A DNA stretch of 64,000 nucleotides, taken from NCBI RefSeq assembly GCF_009914755.1, contig NC_060936.1; one strand, written 5' to 3'. This stretch comes from the human T2T-CHM13v2.0 reference genome, Homo sapiens. Position numbers and translations under genes: made by a program. The number at the start of each line of letters is the position of its first letter. The stretch's first letter is position 1. The notes beneath the pieces are model-generated. The model was not told where the DNA came from. It searched no databases and saw nothing but the letters and a program-made list of their open reading frames with translations. Of the stretch, positions 46,201-61,800 are shown piece after piece.

Positions 46201-46417
46201 TTCTTTGGTTGAGCTTCCAGACATGTGATGTTGCTAAAGATCCTGACTCCACCTTCCTCACCGTTTGACCTTGGGCAAATTACTTACCATCTCTGAGCCT
46301 AGTTTCCTTATCTATAAAATGGGGATGGTAATGATACAGTGGAAACGTACTTTTCTAGAGATTTGTTCTAAAGTCACAGCAAACGGCAGAACTAACAATA
46401 ACCAAACTACTCCCTAA

Positions 46418-46700
<283 letters not shown>

Positions 46701-47237
46701 CCTCTACACCTGGGTTTTTAGAAATACAAAAGACAGTAGATTTTTTTAAAAAAATGTTTTCCTGGCATTTGAGCTAAGGGCACATTTTCGGGAGCAGTCC
46801 AGGGCAAGGTTTTAAAGGGAGTTTTGGGGGAAGTCTAGATGAGTAACCTTTGGGCGCATTTGAAGATAAATTTCCCGCTCATTCTCTGCTATTCTTTTAT
46901 GTCTTCTGGTGGAAATCTTGTCAGATGGTAACCTTAAGTTATTCTATGTACTTGTAATTGAATTGTTAAATCTATGTGTGATAAAAAGCCCAATGTGGAG
47001 TTTAGAGGATGATTAAATAAGAATGTATATCTAGAAAAATTCACATAGTGCTTGACCTGTAATATATTAATACATATTACATCCATACCTATTCACCTGC
47101 ATATTTATATACATATGCACATGTGGATATAAATATGCAGGTGAATGGGTATAGATATAATATTTATTGACATATTGAAATATCCAAAATATTGTTTGGA
47201 TATTTGTCTCCAAGCTATATTTAGATATTTGGGCCTC

Positions 47238-47981
<744 letters not shown>

Positions 47982-48328
47982 GCCTCCAAATCTCATGTTG
48001 AGATGTAATCCCCAGTGGTGGAGGTGGGGCCTGGTGGGAGGTGTTTGGGTCATAGGTGCGGATCCCTCATGAATGGCTTAGTGCTGTCCCCTTGGTGATG
48101 AGTGAGTTCACATGAGACCTGGTTGTTTAAAAGTGTGTGGCACCTCCTCACTCCCTCTCTGACCATGTGGGCCATCTGCTCTCCCTTTGCCTTCTGCCAT
48201 GATTGTAAGCTTCCTGAGGTCCTTGCCAGAAGCAGATGAGGGTACTGTGAGCCAGTTAAATCACTTTTCTATCTAAATTATCCAGCCTCAGGGATTTCCT
48301 TATTACAATGCAAGAATGGCCTAACACA
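47982..48328 (+). mobile_element. MSTB-like LTR (main part of the host LTR)
   Basis: ccaaatctcatgttgagatgtaatcccc...gaatggcctaacaca. Confidence 0.88.
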
Positions 48329-49097
48329 ACGTCCACATTCATATCCATGAATGTTAACTGCTACTTGATTGTAAGGTCCACAATATCTATGATTATGTCT
48401 ATTTTACTAACTATTCTTTTCCCAGTCCTAAGCACTGTATCTGGAACACAGTAAATATTTGTTGAATATTGAATGAATGAATGCTAGAGCTTCCCAGAGA
48501 TGGAACAAGATACTATGCACAAATGGCTGTTACACCTTTATCAGAACATTGTCAGTGAATTTTCTGTTACTGAAAATCTTCAAAAAGGTAGAAGGTTCCC
48601 TGTAGTCAAAGGGATTTGGCATCGGGTAAAGACTTGGACCTGATCCTATCCAAATCGTCTTCTGTTCTCATGGGACTTCACAAATACTTCCTAATCATCC
48701 ACTTGTGGAGGGCAATATATAAACAGCTTTGGGAGATATAAAGGTGTAATGCATATGACTTCTATCCGTAGGAGCTTACTACAGCTAATGAGTATTAATA
48801 GGTAACATTTATTGAGCATTTATTAAGTACCAGGTACCATTATAATAAGAGCATTAGAAGTGTTGACCCATTGCATCTTCACAACAAGCTTTTAAGACAG
48901 GTAATACTACTATTCGAAGTTTATACATGAGGAAATGGCATCTAGAAGGTGCTGTAGCTCAAGTTCTAGTGGATACAGGGGTGAGAGTTCCCACCTAGGA
49001 GGTCAGCCCCAGATCCTATGACCTCAACCTCTGTACATCTAAAATTGTCACTCTTGAAGGTTATGTAGGGCATTGTGTGTACGCATGCACGCCCGCG

Positions 49098-49128
<31 letters not shown>

Positions 49129-49254
49129 TGCGGTGGGGAGTGGCACGCTGGTGTTTCTATGAGCTAGTAGCCAAATATTGTTCCTATGATTTTCCCATCA
49201 GGGAATGAATTGATAGTGGACTTTTTTTGAATTTGCAAAAGATGTATTTTCATT

Positions 49255-50160
49255 TTTTAATCCGTATCACCTGGAACAACATGTATCTTACAGTTCTGGA
49301 GGTCAGAAGTCTAAAATAGGTCAGTACGGCTGCATTCCTTCTGGAAGCTCTAGGGGAGAATCTGTTTCTTTGCCTTTTCCAACTTCTAGAGGCCATGTGT
49401 GTTTCTTGGCTGTGAAGCTGTGAACCCTTCCTCAATTTTCAAAGCCAGCAGCGTAGCATCTCCAACTCTCTCTCTCTTCCCCACATGGCTAATTCCATCA
49501 TCACATCGCCTTCTCTGACTCTGACCCTGCTGCCTCCCTCTTACAAGGACCCTTGTGATTACTTTGGGGGCCACAAGATAATCCATATCAAGATCCTTAA
49601 CTTAATGACATCTGTGATGTCCTTTTGACAAAGGTATTAGTTTCCTAGAACTGTTACCACAAACTTGATGGCTTAAACCAATAGAAATTTGTCCTTTCGC
49701 AGTTCTGGAGGCCAGAAATCTGAAATCAAGGTGTCAGCAGGACTCCAGTCCCTCTAAAGGCTCTAGAGGAGAATCGTTCCTTGCCTCTTCCAGCTTCTGG
49801 TGGCCCTGGGTGTTCCTTGGCTTGTGGCAGCATCACTGTAATCTCTGCCTCTGTGGTTGCATGGTCTCACCCCTGTGTCTCTGTATGACCCTCTTTTCTT
49901 ATAAGGGTACCTGTCATTGGATTTCGGGGCCGTCCTAATTCAGGATGGTCTCTTCTTGAGATCATTGAAATTGCATCTGCAAATACCCTTTTTCTAAATA
50001 AGATCACATTCACAGGTGCTGGGGGTTTCGACTTGGCCATATCTTTTTTTGGGGCCACAATTCAACCCACCCTACTGTGTAAGGTAGATATTTTCAAGTT
50101 CTGGGGTTTAGGGCAGAGATATCTTCTGGGAGGAGGTGACTTTATGCTGCCTGCCACAGT
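49255..50160 (-). mobile_element. MLT1D-like LTR with a nested MLT1C-like LTR (about 49633-50072)
   Basis: Two successive cagttctggaggc/tcagaa...ctctagaggagaatc modules; the outer element resumes at about 50075. Confidence 0.75.
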
Positions 50161-51954
50161 GTGTATTCTTTTCTTTGCTGAGTCTTTTTTAAGATCTTTG
50201 GAAAAAGAAAGAAAAGGCAATGTTCATACTGTAATTATGATTTAATCTTTATGTGTCTATCTTTTTTACTTCAGGATGGCTTCATGTTTTCATGCATTTG
50301 CAGTTGTATTGTTTGTAAATGAATTGTGGTTTTCAGAACCACAGAAGCCAGTCATGCCTCTTCAGTGGGGGATGAACTCTTTCACACTTGCAGATAAATA
50401 AGTATAAGCTCACATGGATCTTGAAGATGGTGCTTTCCAACTTATGGCTGCAATAATTAAGTTTCTGGCCTTCCAGTATCACTGGACTTGAAATAATGAG
50501 ATGTTAAATGGCTAATAAAGGGACATTAATATTTTAAAGCCTTCCCTGTCCCAGGGAAGGACTTTGTTTCCAAACTTGGTCTGTGAGGGGTAAGGTAAGG
50601 CAGTGGATGTCAGAAAAAAAAAACTAAAGTTTTTGCTGTTTGCTGAGCAGTGTGTGGGGAGCTGGTCACTAGATAAAGCCTGATGGAAAACATCAGCAGT
50701 CTGGAAAACATCAGCATCTTCCAGAGAGTGGCTGCATTTCTTGGGGTAATGTGCAGCAGCACCTACAAAACTCGATATGATCAAAGTTTCCTTAAGTGGT
50801 TGTGTTTACAGAGAGGGTGAGATGGAATGTGGATGTGTGCTGAATGTGGTCCTTAGAGAGGCGCACCTGAGCTGATGTCACTGAGCAACATACATGACTA
50901 TTCAGGTAGAGGAGACGAACAAGTGTGGTAGGTAGTGGGATCTAAGGCAGGAACAAGTGGAATTTCTGCATTGGTGCGTATTGGTTTTGTTTTTGTTGTA
51001 GCAAGTCACAGAAACCCAAATCCAGCTGCCTAAGACTAATCCGAATTTTACTTAGAAGAACATACAGAAAAATTCAAAAGAGATTTAAGGCTATTTCTTT
51101 CCCCTTTAGCAACGCTTGACAAAAATTTATGTAAAAACACCATTATTCTATTTCTGGGCATGAATTTCCTTTCCTTTGCCCATCACTGGGAGCTGCACAG
51201 CTAAGAATAAGTTGTCAGGCAGTTTGGATGTTATTGCCTAATTTTGTCCTTCTTTATGCTGGTAATTTGGACTTTTATTGTTCTGTTCTAATTGGAGATG
51301 TGTCATATATTTCCTGTTGGCCTGGGATAGATATTGCTGCATTCTCAACCTTTTGTTCCTGTCAGCCTCATTATGATTGCAGTATTAATTAGATCATTTG
51401 TTCATTTCTGTCTTTGGCATCTCTAATTAAGAACCAACACTCTGGAATTGTTTCTGCATAATTCAGGGAAATCTTGGAATGAGCCAGTGTAAACCTGCAA
51501 GCCTCCCAGCTCCACCTGCCCAGTAAACATGGCCATGTGCTTCCTTCTCTTCTCTTCTAGAAGCCTTCCATCTAGTCTTCTCCATCCAGGCCCTGCTTAG
51601 GTCTGAGGTTAGGGGATTACTAGAGAATTGGCGTGTGAAAGTGTCTGGGATATCAGGCCTGATCCAATATGGCTCTAGGGTCCTCTATTTCCCAGAGACA
51701 TACTTATTTTGTGTTAACTAGGAGGGAAGGGGACTCTCATTCATGTTTGGGTACTTGGTTCGCAATTTAGACTCCTGCCCTGCAGCTTTGATGCTTGAAA
51801 AAATGTCAGCTTCATATTCAAGTTCATTTGGTTTCCTGAAGAAACTCAAATTAAAAAACTTTATAAATTAAGTAGATCACATAATTATAAGATGTAGACA
51901 ACGGTATGAATGGATCTAGGTACAAAGGCAATGTGTGAGGCTACTGCCACCTCT

Positions 51955-52990
51955 ACTATTTTTCTTTGTAACAGCTTTATAGAGGTGTAACAGTCAGTAA
52001 ACTTCACATATTAAAGTCTGCAATTTGATTAGTTTTGACGATTTCATGAGTGTGAAATTATCACCAAAATCAAAATAGTGAACATATCCTTAACTTCTGA
52101 ACTTTCTTCATGTCCCTTTATAATCTCCTCTCTTCTGCCCCTCTCCACTTGTTCCCAGATAGCCACTCATCTTCTCTTTCTCACTGAAGATTTTCATTTT
52201 ATAAAGTCTGAGGCAAATAGAATCATAATGTATGCTCCCTGTCTTTCCTTATTTGCTCTTGCTTCTTCCATCCAGTTAATTTGACATTCACCCATGTTAT
52301 GTGTAACAATAATTCATTCCTTTTTATTACTGAGTAGTATTCCACTGTTTGAATATATCACTGTTTATCAATCTATTGATGGACATCTGGGTTGTTTCTA
52401 ATTTGGGGATCTTACAACTAATGCTGCGATAAACATTGAAGCCAGCCTTTGTCTGGACATAGCTTTCACTTCTTAGGAACAGAAAGGTTGTATCATATTA
52501 AGTGTATTTTTAACTTTTTAAGAAGCTGCCAAACTGTTTTCTAAAGTGGTTACACCATTTTACTTTCCCACTATCAGGATTTGAGAGTCCTGTTACCTCC
52601 ACATCTTGGCCAGCACTTAGTATGATCAGTCTTTTTAATATTAGCCTTCCTATTGGATTTATAGAGGTTTGTAATTTTGGTTTTAATTTGCATATCCCTA
52701 GCGATTACTGATGTTGAGCATCTTTTCAGTGTGCCATTTTGCCATCTACTGATTTTGGTGAAGTTGCTGTTTAAATCTTTTAAATTAGGTTATTGTAAAA
52801 ACATTATTGAGTCTTGAGAGTTGTTTTTATATTCTGGATACAAGTTCATTATCCAATATGTGATTTGAAAATACGTTATATTTGAAAATATGTTATTCCA
52901 TATTGTGGTTTGTGTTTTCATACTCTAATAGGGTCTTTAGAGGAGCAGAAGTTTTTCATTTTGATGAGGTTGAATTTATCAATTTTTTTT
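51955..52990 (-). mobile_element. Old L1M 3' region
   Basis: aacagctttatagagg...gatggacatctgggttgtttc...gatgttgagcatcttttca. Confidence 0.82.
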
Positions 52991-53613
52991 CAACCTCATC
53001 AGCTCCCACCCTGCCTGTTGAGCTCAGTGTTCTCAGGAAATGTCAGCTAGAAGAATGAATGGATGCCATTCCCATGGACAAACAAAAGGCATGATGGGAA
53101 CTCAGTGTAGATCAGCCTTTCCTTAGAGTCAACCTCTTCCTACTCAGTTCTCTCCCACATGCATGTATTGAGCAAGTGCTATTGAGAGGCAGTTTTGATG
53201 TCATGGCAGATGTATTATAATGTGCTGGTTTATTGCCCTGTTGAGCTTTCTTTGCCCTTAGCTGGCAGCTCCATGAAGGGGGAGGGACCTATTGCTCTTC
53301 CTCATTAGTTCTTCCCGTCACTAGCACTGCACCTGGCATGAGTTAGGTGCTCTATGAATAGACTTGAATGTAGGCTAATGGTGGAGCTTATTGGTGCCAG
53401 CAATTAATGTCGCTGCTCATGGAAAGGGGGCTTCAGAGTCCAGTGGATGTGGCATTTAAACCTACCTCAGCCATCACTTTCCGGGGGATTTGGGGAAATT
53501 TGCTTTTCAAAATGAACCTCAGAGACAGGCTTTGTATGTGATAATAACTAGCGTTTATTGAGCACTTGCTATGTGCTCAGCACCTAAGCTCTTCACATGT
53601 ATCAGTTCATATA

Positions 53614-53690
53614 TTAGGTTGGTGCAAAAGTAACTGTGGTTTCTGCTATCAAAAAAAGGCAAAAATCGCAATTACGTTTGCACCAACCAA
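53614..53690. mobile_element. MADE1 (Hsmar1-derived MITE) inserted in a MIR
   Basis: ta|TTAGGTTGGTGCAAAAGTAACTGTGGTTT...AAAAATCGCAATTACGTTTGCACCAACC palindromic TIRs. Confidence 0.93.
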
Positions 53691-56600
53691 TGATACTCAA
53701 AATAATCCTGTGAGGCCTGACTGTGAGGATCCACATTTTACAGACAAGATATCTGATGCACAGGGAAGTTAATCACTATCACCTAAATGGAGATCACCTA
53801 GCTGGTAAGTGCTAGGGCTGGGATTTGAGCCTTGGTAGTTCTTACAAAAGAGTCCAGCAGGTTCTAGACCACTGCATTAAAGAGAGTGAAATTTCACATT
53901 GAACCCAGCCCCATTGGAGCAATTTCATGCTTATTTCTCAGGGCGGCTTTTTTTTTTTTTCTCCCTACTCTTGGACTATCCACAAACTAACTTTACCCTG
54001 AGTGGTTAAGATTACTTTTCACAGACAAACACATGTCCTCTTTTTTTCTCTTAAATATTTCAAATGTCCACAGAGAAACTCACTCATGTCAGGAACTAAT
54101 GAACATGAAAAGAATGAAACAGGAGGTAGAACTCCTTTTCCAGCCAAGAGTTACTTGTACTAACAGAGATGTGATGGGCATAGATAAGAGACTCTTAGAG
54201 TCTCCCATGTTCTCCCCAGATACTCAGGGGGTTTAGAATGAGCAGTTTATTAGTGTTTTATTGATTTATATCACTAAACGGATATGGACTTTCAGAAGTT
54301 CACACTGCCTTTTGCAGCTGGTGGCAATAAAGATTCTGTCTCAGCTGAAAACAATGGGATGAGCCTTCTCAGGGGGTAGACGAAGTGGATTACACAGCCT
54401 CCTATTAAACAAATGTGTGCTTCTCTTTTCCATTCCATTGTCAAGAGGGGTGGGCTTCCAGAAGCAAAAGATCATTTCTACTCATATACCCAATTTATTC
54501 CTTCTGTTCTGACTACATTTTCTAAACTGCTCTTTATTTGCCATCCAGACATTCAACATTTAACTTGAAATGCTGAGAGAAAAATCTTAGCTCTTAAATC
54601 ACTTTGTCTGATTTTCTGTTCCTCCTTGCAATGTTGGATTAGCCTTAAAGGGCCCCTCCTCAAAATGTTTCCTGTGTTTGTTACCACTTCTAAAGTCCAG
54701 TTTAACAAGCCTTTTTTTAAAGAGTAAAGGCCTCAGCCCCAAGTGATTGCCGTGATAAAATAATCTTTTGATGCCCTGAACTACTGAACACTTTCTGTCC
54801 TCAAGAATGTCAACCATGTCACTCCCAAGAGTATATGTTTCCGAGAACAGAGAGATGAATAAGTATTTCACACAATTTCTTGACATCCTTTGTGTCTAAC
54901 AAATGACAAACATTTGAGTTACAGTCTGACTTCTTTTCATAGAAGCACAGTTGTAGGCAGAGCCCTAGATGGCTATGTGCTGAGACATCTATGTCTGAAG
55001 GCCACATGTAGGGACAGTGACTTCCCATGTGCTTTTATTGAAAGTGTCCCTAGGTGACAAAATAACACTGAAGACCCTGCAGCAGTTGCCAGCTCTGATA
55101 CTAGAGCATGCACCATGGCTCTGGCTGGGAGAGATGGGACTTTGGCCAGGTACATGGAGTGAAAGAATTTTGGTTTCATAAATAAGTCATGTATAATAAA
55201 GAAGACAGCATATTTAAAATTCCTGGTAGAGTTTCTGGCACAGAATATGCAATCAATAATTGTTAATATTCATCATTACAATTATTACTTGGTCTTAAAG
55301 TATCTTCTAATTGTTTTCATGTTAAATATATTGTGTTCCCAAAAGAAAAATTGATAAAAAACCCACTGGCTGGGCATCTGAAGGCTGGTTTTCAGCTCCT
55401 GCCTTGCCATTTTCGTGCTGTGTTACATAGCTGAGTGCTTAATGTGCCTGGCTTCAGGTTGTTCATCTCTTGGATAGGTGTGGAGGCACTTGGCCTGCCT
55501 CCCTCAAAAAGACACTTGTAATTTCTAACTCTCTTAGAACTGCAAGGAGAATTCCTCTTCAAACCTATCAATGCATGTTGTGTAACAATAAATCAGCATG
55601 AGCAAGCAGGCACTGTATCTATCTTTGTATATTACAGCACTGGGCTCATTGTATGTATTCAAAAATATTAAATTCATGAGTGATTTTTTCATTTTTAAAG
55701 AAATCACTCAATGAGAGCTCTCAAAGTTTTACAGATTGTTCTTTCTTTTCAGCAGCTTCATAAGAGACAGAGATGGAGAATTCAGATTTGTCCAGTGCCT
55801 GCCGGGTGCCTGTCATTCCCCTCCAGTGTCCTTTGCACTGGCCATTTCAAGTAGATGTCACAGTGGCCTCTTCAGATAACAGAAATATTTTCTCCATTGC
55901 TAAAGTTTAGAGAGTTAGGTGTCCAAGGTCATGCAGGTATGAATCAAGGCACATGGAGCTTGAGTCCAGGTTCACTTTATTCCACAATCTGTATTTTCCT
56001 GTGTGCTGCCACCATAAATGTGATCTTTAGAGTTTAGTAAAGACTTAATGAATCCTAAGGATTCAGAATTGGCAATGGGAGCGTTTGTGGTGTGTAGGAT
56101 GTGGGAGGATTACGGAGATTAAGGCTGACATGAATTGTACAAGTAAAGCTAGAGAACTGCTATGATGAAGGAAGCTGTGTTTGATCAGAACCCTAGAAGG
56201 AAACCCTGGCCCTCTAGAAATGTCGATAGCACTGCATAAACAAACTGAAATCATTGCCTTGACACAGCAATTACACGCCATTATTTTAATGAAGATGAAG
56301 TGAACACACAGAACAATACAGATGGGATACATTGAGGAAAGGAAGTCTTTCACTGCTAATAAAGATTTCCCTTCAGACTGATCTGTAAGAGGTGACACGT
56401 GTTCATTGAACATGGAATGTGGAATCATTGAAAAATTAACCTGCCCCAATCCACAAAAGTTCAGGGACCATGGCCTGTGAGACAATCGAGGCAGCAACAA
56501 AGTCATGATACTATCACTGAGGAAGGGTCTTTCAGTGTAAATCAATATGCCATCTGCAACTTGCCTAAAACATGAATTCTTTACAGAGTTGTCTCAGTAA

Positions 56601-57121
56601 GTTGGGGCTAATAGCCCCAAGAGTGCCAAGAGTTAATCAAAGATGGGACTGGGACACCTAGAAGAATAGAAACAAATCAATATAGAAAAGGTGCCAATGA
56701 AAACTAATGTGCAAATGAAAATCATTTCTTTCAGATGAAAACTTTCCTTTAGTAGGATGGATGTTTTGTGGGGTTGACATGCAAACCTTACATGATCCAT
56801 TGCCACATGCAAAGGGGCTGAGCATTGCGCCTCAGAGTCTGAGGTAAAGATGTGTTAATCGTGACTCCTGGTTATGAGTGCTGAGGTTGAACTACCTCAA
56901 ATTCCCCTAATAGAGGGGGTGTGCTGGTTCTTAGAAGCAACTTAGGGGAAGGCTGGGGTCTTGGGGATGGCAGGAACCAGAAAATGGATCTATGTCAGGA
57001 TACTTTGTGTTTCTTGTTTCCATGCATCAATTTCCTTCTTGCAGACCAGCTTATCCTCAAAGCAGTGATCACAGTCATAATCAGCTTCAAGTCACATCTG
57101 TAGATCTTTGTAGTGAGGGAG

Positions 57122-57485
57122 CAACATAGTTTGGCTGTGTCCCCACCCAAATCTCATCTTGAATTATAGCTCCCATAATCCTCATGTGTCATAGGAGGGA
57201 CCTAGTGGGAGGTAACTGAATCAGGGGTGTGGGTTTTTCCCATGCTCTTCTGGTGATACTGAATAAGTCTCACGAGATCTGATTGTTTTATAAAGGGCAG
57301 TTCCCCTGCACACTTCTCTTGCTTGCTGCCATGTAAGATGTGCCTTTGCTCCTTCTTCACCTTCTGCCGTGATTGTGAGGCCTCCCCAGACATGTGGAAC
57401 TGTGAGTCCCTTAAACCTCTTTTTCTTTATAAATTACCCAGTCTCAGGTATGTCTTTGTTAGCAGTGTGAGAATGGATTAATACA
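57122..57485 (+). mobile_element. THE1-type solo LTR
   Basis: gtttggctgtgtccccacccaaatctc...gattaataca; TSD GGGAG at 57117-57121 and 57486-57490. Confidence 0.92.
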
Positions 57486-58449
57486 GGGAGGAAAAAATCT
57501 TTCCAACCATCTTTGTTGAAAAACTTTTGGGGAAGGGCCCTAGCCAGCTTAACATAAATCTGACTCTTACGCTCTCTGTGTGGCCTATGGTGAGAATTGA
57601 GGGTGGGGATGGGCTGGTGAGTGGTGTGGGGTGTGTGGGAGCTGAACGATCATGCTTGGGTCCCATGCTCATTCTGTGGCAGGGATTCAGGACAAAATAA
57701 AGAAGTAGTAGAAGTTGCTTGGGAAATCAATGAAGCAAGATCCCTTCTGCAGGAGTTTTTGTTTTAGATGTTAAAGGTTCGAATGTGTTCTCAAACTTAA
57801 CCATTGAGTCTGGGAAATCTGGAAAAAGAGACATGGTCTGAGTTACCTGGGCCTTTTTTTCAGAATTCAGCTGTGGAAGGGAAGTAAGCTTAGCGCCAGG
57901 AATGACTATACTCTATTTGGTGAGTGGGGAAAACTTACTTTTGGTCTTGATGATTACATAGCAGTTCATCAGGTAGTCAATTAAAAGAAATGTCCTCTTG
58001 GCAGAAGTCAACAAAAGCACAGCTCTCTGGCAGAGGTGCATAGGTAATAAGGGATGAGTTAGGAGGCGACAATGGGTGGACAGGTGGGGGCTAGATTGTG
58101 ATGGTTATTTCAGCCAAGGCAAGGAGTTTGGGTTTTATGCTATCATCATTGGAGGATTTTATTTTATAGAGTGAGAATTTTAGAAAATTAACTGAAAATA
58201 AATGTGATTTTGGCAACAGTGTGAGGGATGAATTGGAGGGAGGAAAGAGCCCTTGAAGAATTCTCTTCTGTCTATCCAAGACACAGAAAACACTGGACTA
58301 ATTAAGGGAGCCCAATAAGAAACATGAGACAATGTAGTTGAAAAGACTCAGCAGAAATAGAAGCATATCATCATCCATCACAAGTCCACTCTTTCCTTCA
58401 CCTCTGGCCAGTCCCTGCTTTGACTCTCTCCATTCCACTTTTCCATTTC

Positions 58450-58660
58450 TTTTGTACCACCTGCCACTGGCTGACATTACTATACTGTGTTTATTTATTG
58501 ACTTGTTTACATGTTGCTCCGTTTGCTTGTCAACTTGTTATTTGTTTATCTGTCTCTCACAGTAGAAAGTGAGACCCATGAGGGCAGGGTCCATTGTTTA
58601 TATCTGCATCCACAGCATCTAATCCTGGGCATATTAACTGAGTAAATGAATAAATGTGAA
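58450..58660 (+). mobile_element. L2 3' fragment
   Basis: tagaaagtgagacccatgagggcaggg...gagtaaatgaataaatg. Confidence 0.65.
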
Positions 58661-58827
58661 TCTTTTTGCCTGTTGATTGATTCATTCAATTTTTCAAGGC
58701 AGCATTTAATGAATGCCCACTTTGTTCAATGTAATAAATCAAACTTTCATATTTGGTGTTTGGGCATTTTCTGTCCCATGTTCCACATCATTATGTGAAA
58801 TGACATCGTGTCTAAATTGATGAGGAA

Positions 58828-61800
58828 CAAAATAAAGGGATGGAGGAAAATTTACCAAGCAAATGGAAAGAAATAAAAGCAGGGGTTGCAATCCTAGTCT
58901 CCGACAAAACAGACTTCAAACCAACAAAGATAAAAAAAAGACAAAGAAGGGCATTACATCATGGTAAAGGGATCAATTCGACAAGAAGAGCTAACTATCC
59001 TAAATATATATGCACCCAATACAGGAGCACCCAGATTCATAAAACAAGTTCTTAAGACCTACAAAGAGATTTAGACTCCCACACAATAATAGTGGGAGAC
59101 TTTAACACCCCACTGTCAATAATAAACAGATCAATGAGACAGAAAGTTAAAAAGGATATGCAGGACTTGAACTCAGCTCTGGATCAAGTGGAGCTAATAA
59201 ACATCTACAGAACTCTCCACCCCAAATCAACAGAATATACATTCTTCTCAGTGCCACATAGCACTTATTATAAAATCAGCCACATAATTGGAAGTAAAAC
59301 ACTCCTCAGCAAATGCAAATGAACTGAAATCTTAACAGTCTCTCAGACCATGGTGAAATCAAATTAGAACTAAGGATTAAGAAACTCACTCAAAACCACA
59401 CACAACTACATGGAAATTGAACAACCTGCTCCTGAATGACTCCTGGGAAATAATGAAATAAAGATAGAAATCAAGAAGTTTTTTGAAACCAATTAGAACA
59501 AAGAGACAATGTACCAGGATCTCTGGGACACAGCTAAAGGAGTGTTAAGAGGGAAATTTATAGCACTAAATGCCCACATTAGAAACCTAGAAAGATCTCA
59601 AATCAACACCCTAACATCACACTTAAAAGAGCTAGAGAAGTAAGAGCAAACAAATCCAAAAGCTAGCAGAAGACAAGAAATAACTAAGATCAGAGCAGAA
59701 CTGAAGGAGATAGAGACATGAATAACCCTTCAAAAAAATCAATGAATCCAGGAGCTCGATTTTTGAAAAAATTAAATTAGATAGACCACTAGCTAGACTA
59801 ATAAAGAAGAAAAGAGAGAAGAATCAAATAGACACAATAAAAAATGATAAAGGGGATATCACCACTGACCCCACAGAAATACAAACTACCATCAGAGAAT
59901 ACTATAAACACTTCTATGCAAATAAACTAGAAAATCTGGGAGAAATGGATAAATTCCTGGACACATACACCCTCCCAAGACTAAACCAGAAAGAAGTCAA
60001 ATCCCTGAATAGACCAATAACAAGTTCTGAAATTGAGGCAGTAATTAATAGCCTATCAACCAATAAAAGCCCAGAACCAGACAGATTCACAGCCGAATTC
60101 TACCAGAGATACAAAGAGGAGCTGGTCCCATTCCTTCTGAAACTATTCCAAACAATTGAAAAGGAGGGACTCCTCCCTAACTCATTTAATGAGGCCAGGA
60201 TCGTCCTGATACCCAAACCTGGCAGAGACACAACAATAAAAGAAAATTTCAGGCTAATATCCCTGATGAACATTGATGCGAAAATCCTCAATAAAATACT
60301 GGCAAACCGAATCTAGCAGCACATCAAAAAGCTTATCTACCGTGATCAAGTCGGCTTCATCCTTGGGATGCAAGGCTGGTTCAACATATGCAAATCAATA
60401 AACATAATACATTACATAAACAGAACCAATGACAAAAACTACATGATCATCTCAATAGATGCAGAAAATGCCTTCGATAAAACTCAGCACTCCTTCGTGT
60501 TAAAAACTCTCAATAAACTAGGTATTATGAAACATATCTCAAAATAATAAGAGCTATTTATGACAAACCCACAGCCAGTATCATACTGAATGGGCAAAAG
60601 CTGGAAGCATTCCCTTTGAAAACCAGCACAAGACAAGAATGCCCTCTCTCACCACTCCTATTTAACATAGTGTTGGAAGTTCTGGCCAGGGCGATCACGC
60701 AAAAGAAAGAAATAAAGCGTATTCAAATAGGAAGAGAGGAAGTCAAATTGTCTCTGTTTGTAGACGACATGATTCTATATTTTTAGAAAACCCCAGCATC
60801 TCAGCCCAAAAACTCCTTAAGCTGATAAGCAACTTCAGCAAAGTCTCAGGATACAAAATCAATATGCAAAAATCACAGGCATCCCTATATACCAACAATA
60901 GACAGAGAGCCAAATCATGAATGAACTCCCATTCACAGTTACTACAAAGAGAATAAAATACATAGGAATACAGCTGAAAAGGGATATGAAGGACCTCTTC
61001 AAGGAGAACTACAAACCACTGCTCAAGGAAATAAGAGTACACAAAGGGAAAAACATTTCATCCTCATGGATAGAGAGAAACAATATCGTGAAAATGGCCA
61101 TACTGCCCAAAGTAATTTATCGATTTAATTCTATTTGCATCAAACTACCATTTACATTCTTCACAGAATTAGCAAAAACTACTTTAAATTTCATATGGAA
61201 CCAAAAAAGAGCCTGTATAGCCAAGAAAATCTTAAGTGAAGAGAACAAAGCTGGAGGCATCATGCTACCTGACTTCAAATTATACTACAAGGCTACAGTA
61301 ACTGAAACAGCATGGTACTGGTACCAAAACAGTCATATAGACCAATGGAGTAGAATAGAGACCTCAGAAATAACACCACATCTACAACCATCTGATCTTT
61401 GACAAACCTGACAAAAGCAATGGGGAAAGGATTCCCCATTTAATAAATGGTGCTGTGAAAACTGGCTAGCCATATGCAGAAAACTAAAACTGGATCCCTT
61501 CCTTACACCTTATACAAAAATTAACTCAAGATGGATTAAAGACTTACATGTGAAACCCCAAACCATAAAAACCCCACAAGAAAACCTAGGCAATACCATT
61601 CAGGACATAGGTATGGGCAAAGACTTCACGATGAAAACACCAAAAGCAATTGCAACAAAAACAAAAATTGACAAATGGGATCCAATTAAACTAAAGAGCT
61701 TCTTCACAGCGAAAGAAACTATCATCAGAGTGAACAGGCAACCTACAGAATGGGATAAACTTTTTGCAATCTACCCATCTGACAAAGATCTAATATCCAG

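Noticed and set aside
50684-50716. Direct repeat TGGAAAACATCAGCA twice (also a 17-bp tandem at about 52863-52896)
   Set aside because: Two-copy slippage duplications; not an array and not CRISPR-like.
56063-56545. 160-aa minus-strand ORF in unique sequence
   Set aside because: No recognisable domain, non-ATG start, and composition typical of a chance ORF.
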